Assembly (NCBI GenBank): GCA_963749155.1
Contig: CAVVLO010000001.1
Coordinates: 704,001-768,000 of the forward strand
From: an uncultured Armatimonadia bacterium
GTDB taxonomy: Bacteria; Armatimonadota; Zipacnadia; CAVVLO01
Direction of reading: 5' to 3'
Length of the DNA: 64,000 nt
Shown here: positions 1 to 8,151 of the stretch, one piece after another
Numbering within the stretch: position 1 is the first letter of the stretch
Layout of the letters: each line of letters starts with the position of its first letter
The notes under the pieces: generated by a model
What the model saw: the letters and a program-made list of their open reading frames with translations, nothing else
What the model was told of the DNA's origin: nothing
The model's database searches: none
Made by a program: the position numbers and the translations under genes

Positions 1-1
1 C

Positions 2-367
2 TATGGGGGAGACCTGCTTTACATTATCTCCCGGAGTGGGCGAGAGCTGTATTCGGAGTCTGACGCCGAGGGCTGGGCGTACTGGAAGACCTGCGAGCAG
101 TATCGCAAGCAGATGCCCCTTTTCGTCTGTTATCACCATCTCCTTGGCTATCGCGTGGGGAGCGAGGAGGCGCTGCAAAAAGCTCTGGCGAAGGAGAAGG
201 TCCATACGGTCTTCCTGAAGGTGAATCAGGACTCTCACGTCTCCCGCGTGAAGGTGCCTGAAGAGTGTCCTTACGCCGATGTCACGACTCCCTGGGGCGC
301 CGCTGGCATCCCCGCCGACCAGTGGAAACAGACCTACCGGAGCTGGCTGGCGCAGGGGAGGGACTAG
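2..367 (+). CDS. 3' part of a pilin-like (DUF1559-type) paralog, truncated by window start
   Basis: Frame open from nt 2: YGGDLLYIISRSG...MPLFVCYHHLLG...LKVNQDSHVSRVKVP. This matches the C-terminal motifs GxGDxLxxLSG / PxLxCxxHLLPG / LxQDGSV of the downstream pilins. Confidence 0.7.
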   Translation, partial: YGGDLLYIISRSGRELYSESDAEGWAYWKTCEQYRKQMPLFVCYHHLLGYRVGSEEALQKALAKEKVHTVFLKVNQDSHVSRVKVPEECPYADVTTPWGAAGIPADQWKQTYRSWLAQGRD

Positions 368-439
368 CAGCCTGCGCGCCTGGGCGGTATAATGAAGCCA
401 CTGAGAGACTCTCGACAACCAGGAGGCCCCGAGTTTTAG

Positions 440-1031
440 ATGACGTCGCAGACCAGGAAGAAGACTTCGGTCCTGTTTTGGGTAGTTATCCTGCTGGGCC
501 TGGTGGCCCTGGGGTTCTTCCTGAGGCCCCCGGCGGGCGGAGACAAACCCCCTGTCGCTTCTCAAACCGAAGCCCAGTCAGGAGCAGGGGGGCCTGGGGC
601 GGTGACCGTTACCCTTATCAAGGACCCCGAGCCGGGTGAGGCCGCGCCCGCGCGCCTGGCAGAAGCCCTTGCCAAGGTGGCGCCCGAGGGCAAACCAGTA
701 GTGCTCGTGATTATCGGAGACTGCACCGATTGCGCCCTCAAGTATCTAAGAGAGTGGAACAAGTTTGCCGCCGAACCCGGCGCGCCTGTCCATACTGGTG
801 CTGACCCCAAGCCTTGAAGAGCAGCTTGCGGCGTTCAGGGCCAAGTATCCAGAGATTAAGTTGCCCTTGCTGAGAGAGCCGTATGACGAGTTGGACCTGG
901 AATTGAATGTCCTCTTCCGACCGCGCGTCTATCTCTACGGGTCGGGGCTGCTCCTCGATTATGTGCAGGCCGATGGGATCGAACCTTTGAAGGCGCTGGA
1001 GCAAGTCCGGGCGCGCCTTACCGGCAGCTAA
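440..1031 (+). CDS. Membrane-anchored thioredoxin-fold (redoxin/TlpA-like) protein, CTDC motif; frameshift near 780
   Basis: ORFs 440..817 and 765..1031 join: N-terminal TM helix, KPVVLVIIGDCTDC, then LNVLFRPRVYLYG. Paralog of 1182..1812. Confidence 0.7.
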
Positions 1032-1181
1032 GGAGCAGGCGGCAGTTGTTTAGCGCGCGGTGGCTTAATATACTGTTGCTCATTATTTATAATATTTAAC
1101 CTTGCAAAGCTAGTGACAAAGCTGGGCGGGGGGATAGACTGTTAAGTGAAGCAAAGTTCTGGCAGTGTTGGAGGTCGCGCG

Positions 1182-1812
1182 ATGACCCAAGCCCAGAGCC
1201 TTTGGAAAGAACGCCTCCCCCTGTGGCGATTCAGCCTGCTGCTCGCTCTGCTTATTGTTTCTCTCATCGTATTCGCGCGCGTCTCCAAGGCCACTCCAAC
1301 GAACCCCCTGTTCAAGCTTAAGCAATTCGTGCTGGAGCAGAAGCAGCAGCACCAGCAGAAGCTGGACCTCGAGCGCGACCCCACTCTCTGGCCAGCCAAG
1401 GCCCGAAGGCCTGACCCAGTGGCTCGCGCAGCAGGGGCTCGCGGGCAAGCCGCTGGCGCTGCTGATGATAGGCTCCTGCAGCGAGTGCGCCACAAGCTAT
1501 CTCAAGGCCTGGAGCGACTTCGCCGCGCTGCCCGGCGCGCCGGCGGTGGTGGTCTTCGCGGCCAGTGAAGAAGCCCAGGTCGAGGTTTTCCTCGCAAAAC
1601 ACCCTGAGCTCAACCTGAAGCTGAAGGTGGCGCCATATCCGGGGCTGGAGAAGGAGCTCAACGCCATCTTCCGGCCCCGCGCCTACTACTACGGGGCGGA
1701 TGGCGCGCTGGGGTGGCTTCAGGGCGACCACACCGACCCCTGGGCGACGCTTGCAGAACTGAAGGAACGGCTCGGACTGGCCGGGGAGGGCAAGGCAGAT
1801 GCGCAAGACTAG
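1182..1812 (+). CDS. Membrane-anchored thioredoxin-fold protein, CSEC motif; frameshift near 1390
   Basis: GGAGG RBS and ATG at 1182. TM helix, then KPLALLMIGSCSEC...LNAIFRPRAYYYG in the second frame. Stop overlaps the pilin start at 1799. Confidence 0.7.
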
Positions 1813-2506
1813 AGGTTTCACCCTTATCGAGTTGCTGATCGTGATGGCTATCCTGACCCTGCTGGCGGGAATCCTCTTCACCGTCTTCGCCGGCGCGAAG
1901 GAGAAAGCCCGCCAGACCCACTGTATGAATAACCTCAAGCAGCTCGGGGCAGCCATCCTGCTGTATAAGCAGGATTATGATGGTGGCTGGCCAGAGTTCG
2001 CGTGGCAGACCTATCCGCAGTATGTTAGCGACAAGGCGCTGTTCGTCTGCCCAGATGACGGCACAGCATCCAGTATCCGTAAGTCCTTCGAGGCCCGACA
2101 CGGCGCCTATGAATCGTATGCGAGAGGCGGGGGAGACCATCTCCCCATATTGTCTGGATTGTTTCTCCGCCAAGCCGCGATCCCGGAGACCGATTGCGGT
2201 TCGCGGGCGATGGCTTTGGCCAGCTGGCACTACCACGATCGATACCCGGTGCTCAGGTGTTTCAATCATCTGTTCCCAGGTAGTGACTGTGACTCCCGCG
2301 CGTTCGACAAGCTGCGAGAGACGCAGGAGGTGCGCGGCGTGATACCTACGCTGAAACAGGATGGCAGTATTGTGATGGAAATCGTGCCTTCTCGTTACGG
2401 ATCGAACCCCTTGGCGGGAAGTGTTGGTGCCCACATAACTGGCAAGGAATGGATGGATGTGCTGAGAAGCTACAAGGAGCAGCTTGGGTGTGAAGAGGAG
2501 GATTGA
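1799..2506 (+). CDS. Prepilin-type N-terminal cleavage/methylation domain protein (DUF1559-like), subtype A
   Basis: MRKTRG|FTLIELLIVMAIL...AKEKARQTHCMNNLKQLG...FVCPDD; class III signal peptide with E5. Confidence 0.9.
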   Translation: MRKTRGFTLIELLIVMAILTLLAGILFTVFAGAKEKARQTHCMNNLKQLGAAILLYKQDYDGGWPEFAWQTYPQYVSDKALFVCPDDGTASSIRKSFEARHGAYESYARGGGDHLPILSGLFLRQAAIPETDCGSRAMALASWHYHDRYPVLRCFNHLFPGSDCDSRAFDKLRETQEVRGVIPTLKQDGSIVMEIVPSRYGSNPLAGSVGAHITGKEWMDVLRSYKEQLGCEEED

Positions 2507-2507
2507 G

Positions 2508-3242
2508 ATGGCAAAGCGAGGTTTCACCCTTATTGAGCTGCTGATTGTGATGGCCATCCTGACCCTGCTGGCGGGAATCCTGTTCACCGTCTTCGCCGGC
2601 GCGAAGGAGAAAGCCCGCCAGACCCACTGTATGAACAACCTCAAGCAGCTCGGGGCAGCGATCCTGCTCTATAAGCAGGACTACGATGGGGGGTGGCCGC
2701 AGTCCAGGCACTGCTCGCTGTTCCCACACTATGTTCAGGACCGAGCAGTGTTCGTCTGCCCAGACGACGCAACCGACTCGAGAACACGCGACGGCGCTAG
2801 AGGCGCGCTGACGGCGCTGTACTGCAGCTATACGCGGGGTAGAGGCGACTACCTTCTGCGGTTGTCTGGATGGGAGTATGAGCGGGTGACAGCCAGTGCG
2901 AACTGTGAGCTCAAGTTCGCCATGCTGTCAACCCAACCCTTCACCTCCCGATTCCCGATGTTGGTTTGTCGCTGGCATCTCCTGCCCGGATCGGATGTGC
3001 TCCGTGCTGAGTTCACGCAGCAGATAGAGACGGCCAGAATTCAAGCACCAATACTGAAGCTGAACCAGGATGGCAGCGTAGTCCGGTGGATGGTACCCAC
3101 ACAAACCGGGGGCTACGAAAACGCTGACACCACTCTGGGCGTCATAGCCTATAGCCGAGAGGAGGCCGCCACTGCTCGCAGGAGGGCAAGAGAGCTCCTG
3201 CGGGCCCAGGGCGGCTGCGACGACTTTCTGAACAGGAGGTGA
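2508..3242 (+). CDS. Prepilin-type protein (DUF1559-like), subtype B
   Basis: GAGGA RBS; MAKRG|FTLIE; same 59-aa constant region. Confidence 0.9.
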   Translation: MAKRGFTLIELLIVMAILTLLAGILFTVFAGAKEKARQTHCMNNLKQLGAAILLYKQDYDGGWPQSRHCSLFPHYVQDRAVFVCPDDATDSRTRDGARGALTALYCSYTRGRGDYLLRLSGWEYERVTASANCELKFAMLSTQPFTSRFPMLVCRWHLLPGSDVLRAEFTQQIETARIQAPILKLNQDGSVVRWMVPTQTGGYENADTTLGVIAYSREEAATARRRARELLRAQGGCDDFLNRR

Positions 3243-3249
3243 GAAGACT

Positions 3250-3590
3250 ATGAGAAGGCTCGATGTCTGCAACCGTCGTGTATGTAGTGCTGGTGGCAGT
3301 GGCGCTCGGCGTATTTGGTCTTGCCATCATTGCGTCGGCCGACGACTGCATACACTACTACATGTGTGGTCCAACGTACAACACATGCTGCGTTAAAGGG
3401 GTGCACCTACACGTCTTTCGGCTCGTATGACGTGGTGAGCTGCTACGAGATGATCGGGATAGGTGGTATAACTATCGCTTGCTACAAGAAAGTGGCGGAT
3501 GCGATCAATCCCTCGTGCCCGACGCCGCCACACCTGTGCACGGACGGGAAGTATGAGCAAGTGACAGGGCATTGCTCGGAGGACTGGTAG
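3250..3590 (+). CDS. Small secreted 10-Cys protein, copy 1 (two 1-nt insertions near 3262 and 3400)
   Basis: AGGAGGT RBS. Reconstructed as MRRLMSATVVYVVLVAVALGVFGLAIIASA|DDCIHYYMCGPTYNTCCVKGCTYT...CPTPPHLC...GHCSEDW. Aligns Cys-for-Cys with the copy at 4412. Confidence 0.75.
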
Positions 3591-3611
3591 CGACACGGAC
3601 CAGAATAACAA

Positions 3612-3677
3612 GAGCAGGGGGACGGTGGGTCCCCTGCTCCACCTCTCTCCGGCCAGGCGCGCTACGAGGAGGCGCAA
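3612..3677. repeat. Hairpin spacer repeat, copy 1 (GAGCAGGGGGAC-loop-GTCCCCTGCTC plus conserved linker to the next pilin RBS)
   Basis: Near-identical at 4761-4829; hairpin part also at 5680-5720. Confidence 0.85.
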
Positions 3678-4387
3678 ATGCGCAAAGACGAGGTTTCACC
3701 CTTATCGAGCTGCTGATCGTGATGGCCATCCTGACCCTGCTGGCGGGCATCCTGTTCACCGTCTTCGCCGGCGCGAAGGAGAAAGCCCGCCAGACCCACT
3801 GTATGAACAACCTCAAGCAGCTTGGGGCAGCGATCCTGCTCTATAAGCAGGACTACGATGGGGGGTGGCCTAAGGATCTGGCCCGGATATACCCGCATTA
3901 TGCGAACAGCTCTGCAGTGTTCGTATGCCCTGACGCGGTTGCGACTGCTGAGGAGCGAGAAGCTGCCCACCGCAGGAAGGGACTCTTCGTGTCGTATGAG
4001 CGCCTTGGGGGCTCCGCCTTGGGTGCGCTGTCCGGCGAGCAACTTGACCGGGTTCTTCGAACTCCTCAGTCGAGCTGTCTGGACAAGGTCGTCGCCTATG
4101 TGACGAACGATGTCGCCAGCAGGCTCCCGGTCCTGTGGTGCGTGGATCACCTGCTCCCTGGCGAGAACTGCATGCGCACAGGCTTCAGGGAGCGCGTGCT
4201 CGAGAACAACGTGCGGGGGGTGATGCCGACACTTGAGCAGGATGGGAGCGTGATAGTAGTGGCAGTGCCGACGCGGTACGATCCCAACCCCTTCGCGTTC
4301 AACGCGATGGCTAGAATGACAGGGCACGAGTGGCAGCGCTTAGTCGACTCGTGGAAAAAGCAGCTTGGTTGTGAGGACGAGCAGTAA
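3678..4387 (+). CDS. Prepilin-type protein, subtype A (1-nt indel in the leader near 3685)
   Basis: GAGGAGG RBS and ATG at 3678 (atgcgcaaagacgaggtttc vs atgcgcaagactagaggtttc at 1799). Constant region identical. Confidence 0.88.
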
Positions 4388-4411
4388 GCTTGCGAATTGG
4401 AGGTGAGACAA

Positions 4412-4843
4412 GTGAGAAGACTGTCTGTTGCAACAATGCTGTGGTTCGTCCTTCTGGCGCTGGTGTTGGGCGTGCTCGCGCAGCTTGTGCTTGCGGACGA
4501 CTGCACAGGTACCCACTGGCTCTGTGGCACCTGGTACGACACCTGTTGCGCGCGTGGGTGCAGCGTCGAGTATTGGGATCCCATCGATTTCCAGATCTCG
4601 TGCCACGAGGTAGATATCAATGTGGGTTACGTCACGTACACGGGCAAGTGCGTCGAGTATCGGGACACAGCAAATCAATACACCTGCCCTACGCAGGAGC
4701 CTCCGTGCAACCGCACACACTGGTGGTTCTGGCCCATGGAATCCTGCCTAGGCAACCTAGGCAGGGGGACGGTAGGTCCCCCTGCTCCACCCCTCTCCCG
4801 GCCAGACCGCGCGCTACGAGGAGGCGCAAATGCGCAAGACTAG
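4412..4843 (+). CDS. Small secreted 10-Cys protein, copy 2 (true stop probably near 4750-4760; ORF reads through the hairpin)
   Basis: GGAGGT RBS, GTG at 4412: MRRLSVATMLWFVLLALVLGVLAQLVLA|DDCTGTHWLCGTWYDTCCARGC...CPTQEPPC...ESC. Confidence 0.8.
   Translation: MRRLSVATMLWFVLLALVLGVLAQLVLADDCTGTHWLCGTWYDTCCARGCSVEYWDPIDFQISCHEVDINVGYVTYTGKCVEYRDTANQYTCPTQEPPCNRTHWWFWPMESCLGNLGRGTVGPPAPPLSRPDRALRGGANAQD
4761..4829. repeat. Hairpin spacer repeat, copy 2
   Basis: GCAGGGGGAC-GGTAG-GTCCCCCTGC, then CCACCCCTCTCCCGGCCAG...GCGCGCTACGAGGAGGCGCAA. Confidence 0.85.
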
Positions 4844-5564
4844 AGCTTTCACCCTTATCGAGCTGCTGATCGTGATGGCCATCCTGACCCTGCTGGCAGG
4901 AATCCTGTTCACCGTCTTCGCCGGCGCGAAGGAGAAAGCCCGCCAGACCCACTGTATGAACAACCTCAAGCAGCTCGGGGCGGCGATACTGCTCTACAAG
5001 CAGGATTATGACGGGGGGTGGCCGCCGGAGGCACGCGCTCTCTTCCCTCATTATGTAGCTGATAAACAGGTCTTCGTGTGTCCAGACGACTGCACCCCCC
5101 AGAGAGAGCGCCGACGGATAGACGAGACATACACGCCCTATTGCAGCTATGACCGGGGTACTGGCGACTACCTGCCGACTTTATCGGGGTGGGCCCTGGA
5201 GCAGGCAATGGCTTCCTTCAACTGCGACCTGAAGGCCAAAGCCCTGGCCGAGCGAGCCTTCCTGGCCCGGCTGCCGGTACTTGTCTGTCTCTGGCACCTG
5301 CTGCCTGGCGCAGATGTGCCTGCTGTGGATTTCAACCGACGCCTGGTTGAGGCGGAGATACAGGCTCCAGCTTTGGTTCTCCGCCAGGATGGGAGTGTGG
5401 ATCGCCTGATGGTTCCATCCGAGACAGGAGGGTACCTCGACGGCATCCGCGGTACCGGTGTGCATGGCTACACGCTGGCAGAATGGATCCCAGCACTTAA
5501 ACGAGCCAGAGAGCAACTGCGCGCGTCGGGTCACTGTACAGATGAAGAAGAAGAGGGGAGGTGA
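4830..5564 (+). CDS. Prepilin-type protein, subtype B (A at position -1)
   Basis: MRKTRA|FTLIE; constant region identical; C-terminus similar to the copy at 2508. Confidence 0.9.
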   Translation: MRKTRAFTLIELLIVMAILTLLAGILFTVFAGAKEKARQTHCMNNLKQLGAAILLYKQDYDGGWPPEARALFPHYVADKQVFVCPDDCTPQRERRRIDETYTPYCSYDRGTGDYLPTLSGWALEQAMASFNCDLKAKALAERAFLARLPVLVCLWHLLPGADVPAVDFNRRLVEAEIQAPALVLRQDGSVDRLMVPSETGGYLDGIRGTGVHGYTLAEWIPALKRAREQLRASGHCTDEEEEGR

Positions 5565-5581
5565 GAAAGAAGGTGAGAGAG

Positions 5582-5665
5582 TTGAAGAAACTCGCTTGCC
5601 CCGACGGCGAGCCGCCCTGCACTCTCACAAAGTGGGAGTTCGAGATCTGGGGAGAGTGCGACTGA
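5582..5665 (+). pseudogene. Internally deleted third copy of the 10-Cys gene
   Basis: TTG-initiated MKKLA-CPDGEPPCTLTKWEFEIWGECD*. The last three Cys have the spacing (x6, x12) of copy 2. It sits in the same position, between a pilin and a hairpin. Confidence 0.7.
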
Positions 5666-5679
5666 GCCTAAAAAAACAA

Positions 5680-5720
5680 GAGCAGGGGGACGGTAGGTCC
5701 CCCCTGCTCCACCCCTCTCC
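5680..5720. repeat. Hairpin spacer repeat, copy 3 (end of array)
   Basis: GAGCAGGGGGAC-GGTAG-GTCCCCCCTGCTC-CACCCCTCTCC. Confidence 0.85.
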
Positions 5721-5831
5721 TGGACGAAGTCCAGAAGAATTCTATTTCTATTTAAATTATACCACCAAGCTGCGTACACGCAAGCCCTCTCTTTTTCCCG
5801 CAAGAAGGCCTCTCCAGTTGGTTTTTGAGGG

Positions 5832-5940
5832 GGGCCGGTGCTGTGTTACACTCTCTTTTATGTACCTGCCCAGTGGCGAGAACCTGAAAAAGTGGAAGCT
5901 GTGCCCAAGCGAGAGGCCTCCTGGTTGCTTTGCTGCTTGT
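5832..5940 (+). repeat. Degenerate direct repeat of 11444-11553 (putative promoter and first codons of the Grx-CcdA gene)
   Basis: 25-nt identical block GGGCCGGTGCTGTGTTACACTCTCT and a 29/30 block GAGAGGCCTCCTGGTYGCTTTGCTGCTTGT, colinear (offsets 79 vs 80 nt). Confidence 0.85.
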
Positions 5941-5987
5941 GCCCGGCCCTTGCAGTCTAGACGCAACAGCAGACGTTTGGAGGAACG

Positions 5988-7762
5988 ATGAGAAGTTTGA
6001 TGCTCATTGAGTTGGCCATACTGGTCGCATATATTCTCGCGTTCACCACCACTCTTGGGCTTGCTGCTTCCGAGGGCAACGAACCCGGCAGACCCTCGGC
6101 GCCCTTGCAGGCTAGTGCAACGGAAAATTCCGCCTCTTTCATCAAGGTCACCCAGGCCGACGGAGTATTCGTCAAGCAGCCGCTGGTTCGATCCAGTCAC
6201 TATGACGAGAAGCTAGCCAGCCAAAATACAGCACGCATCAAGGCCATCATGAGCTCCCCGGCCATCAGCCAATATTGCCGAATCTACTTTCCGGCAGGGG
6301 CCTATTATTTCAACGGCGCCGCAACTGGCTGGAACGCCAGCATCCAGTCTACTGCCAAGTACCAATCTTTCACTGGCGATGGGATCAATGCTACTCGCCT
6401 TATTCAGAAAAGCCTGGATGTCCCAGCCACAATCAAGCTCAGCCATAGTAACTGCACAATCCAGGACTTATCAATTATGTCTTCTGATTACCAGCAGGAT
6501 TTCAATGAGGATTGGGACAAGCACCCGCATCAGACGGCAATCGCACTGGAGTCTTCAGCCTTTACGCATACCGATCCGCAGATATTGAATGTCAACATCA
6601 ATACCAGCGGAAACAACATTATCATCGATGGATTCTTCCGTCCCTTCAAGACAGGCATAAGGATCACCGGCCCGTGGTTCAATGTCTATGCGCACACAAT
6701 GTTTATGTTGTATGTCCACAATGCTATCTATGTAAACCAGGGCAATATGTGCGGGGGCCGGCAAAGTTCCTGGATATCAACGCGTACGCCACCTCTCCTC
6801 ATACGGAGAAGCCAGTTACCCAGACCTGGAACACGTTCTTCAAGAGTGAAGGGCATTTCATGGAGCAGGTCGAGCTTATCCACTGCACTTATATAGGCTC
6901 TCAGTTCATCTGCATGGATGGCGCCAAGCTCTCCCCGGGTGACGATAACTCTACCAAGACGGCGACTACCCCGGTTTACAACATGATCGTGGATCATTGC
7001 TACATAAACTCACTCTGGCTACCGTCACCCTCGGAGGAGGCGAAGTGGTCAGGTATTTACTTGAATCTGCCGCCAAGGCCAGGAGGTATTGAGCCGGGAT
7101 TTGGCACGGAGCTTTACAGCAGGCAGGTAGTCTTCACCAACAATACCTGTATGGGCAAGACCCCGCGCAACGGAGCGTTTTTCTACATCGAGGGCAACGT
7201 TAGAGATGTAACACTTCAAGGTAATCATATTGCCTCGGGAGGAGGAGATCGCTGCATCTATATTCGGGCCACCCGCCCGTTCCTGGATACAGATGTAGCG
7301 GTGCGTGATATCAAGATCTCCGATAACTACTTCGAGGATTTCCAGGCGCCGATTACGATCGGAGGAAACAAGCAAGATCTATCACGAACCAGTAACAACG
7401 CAGGCCAGGATGATGATCCTTACTGGGTCGAAGGCGTGACGATTACCGGTAACAGGTCTTACTATTTGCCGGTCACAGAGAAGTATCAACTTACGGGTAT
7501 TCTCTTGAACCGCGCGCGGCGTGTCCTTGTGCAGGCCAACACACTCGCCAGGACCAGTGGATCGTCGGTCATCCTGAACGAGTGCGAAGACATCATAATG
7601 CAGGACAATATGTTCGCTGGTCTTGCTGATATGGGCGAGAACGGGATAGTACTGCAGAAATGCAAGACGGCTATTTTGATCGGAAACATAACGCGCGGTT
7701 TTCGGCATGGGATTTTACAGCAGGGCTCCGAGAACGTGACGCTCGCAAACAATTTGGAGTAG
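5988..7762 (+). CDS. Secreted right-handed parallel beta-helix (pectate lyase-like) protein; frameshift near 6755
   Basis: Signal peptide, IYFPAGAYYF and FTGDG motifs, repeated (V/I)xxxxN strands. ORFs 5988..6896 and 6512..7762 join. Confidence 0.75.
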
Positions 7763-7859
7763 GGCGTGTATCACCCTCCCCTGACCGCCACCATGAGGGA
7801 GCCAGATTACCGGGCCAAAGGGGCACTGATGACAGCTAGTGATAACCGTGCATTAGATA

Positions 7860-7999
7860 TGGATTCCCCCGCAATATGCAATCCTCTAGTATGATATCAG
7901 AGGGAGATAGAACAGATGAAAGAGTATAGCACGGAGTTTCGGGAGGAAGCGGTAAAGCTGGTGATCGAGGGCAAGCGAGGCCAGGCGCTGACTTCCTAA
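7860..7999 (+). mobile_element. IS3-family remnant (left end and truncated orfA)
   Basis: TGGATTCCCCC... IR-like start at 7860. ATG at 7916 gives MKEYSTEFREEAVKLVIEGKRG..., a typical IS3 orfA HTH start. Stop at 7999. Confidence 0.6.
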
Positions 8000-8151
8000 A
8001 GTCCCCTTCACCAAGTTTACCTTGGATCACCACAAATCGAACCCCAAGGCGGTACCGCCCTTCGAGGCAGCCCGGTCGCAGGTTGACCTACCGCAGGAAA
8101 GCCGGTGCAGATTGAGAAAACACCGCGCTAGCCAGGAGAGTCCAGGCTCTT

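Noticed and set aside
1658..2644. Repeated minus-strand ORFs beginning MRLFIQWVWRAF
   Set aside because: They are antisense readings of the pilin constant region.
1799..5720. CRISPR array, DGR or integron as the explanation for the repeats
   Set aside because: The long repeats are ~180-nt coding segments 0.7-1.2 kb apart. No cas, reverse transcriptase or integrase gene is in the window. Differences are synonymous rather than adenine-specific, and the hairpins lack attC RYYYAAC/GTTRRRY ends.
8030..8130. Possible riboswitch upstream of the histidine kinase (palindrome GGCGGTACCGCC)
   Set aside because: I could not match it to c-di-GMP or any other riboswitch consensus by eye.
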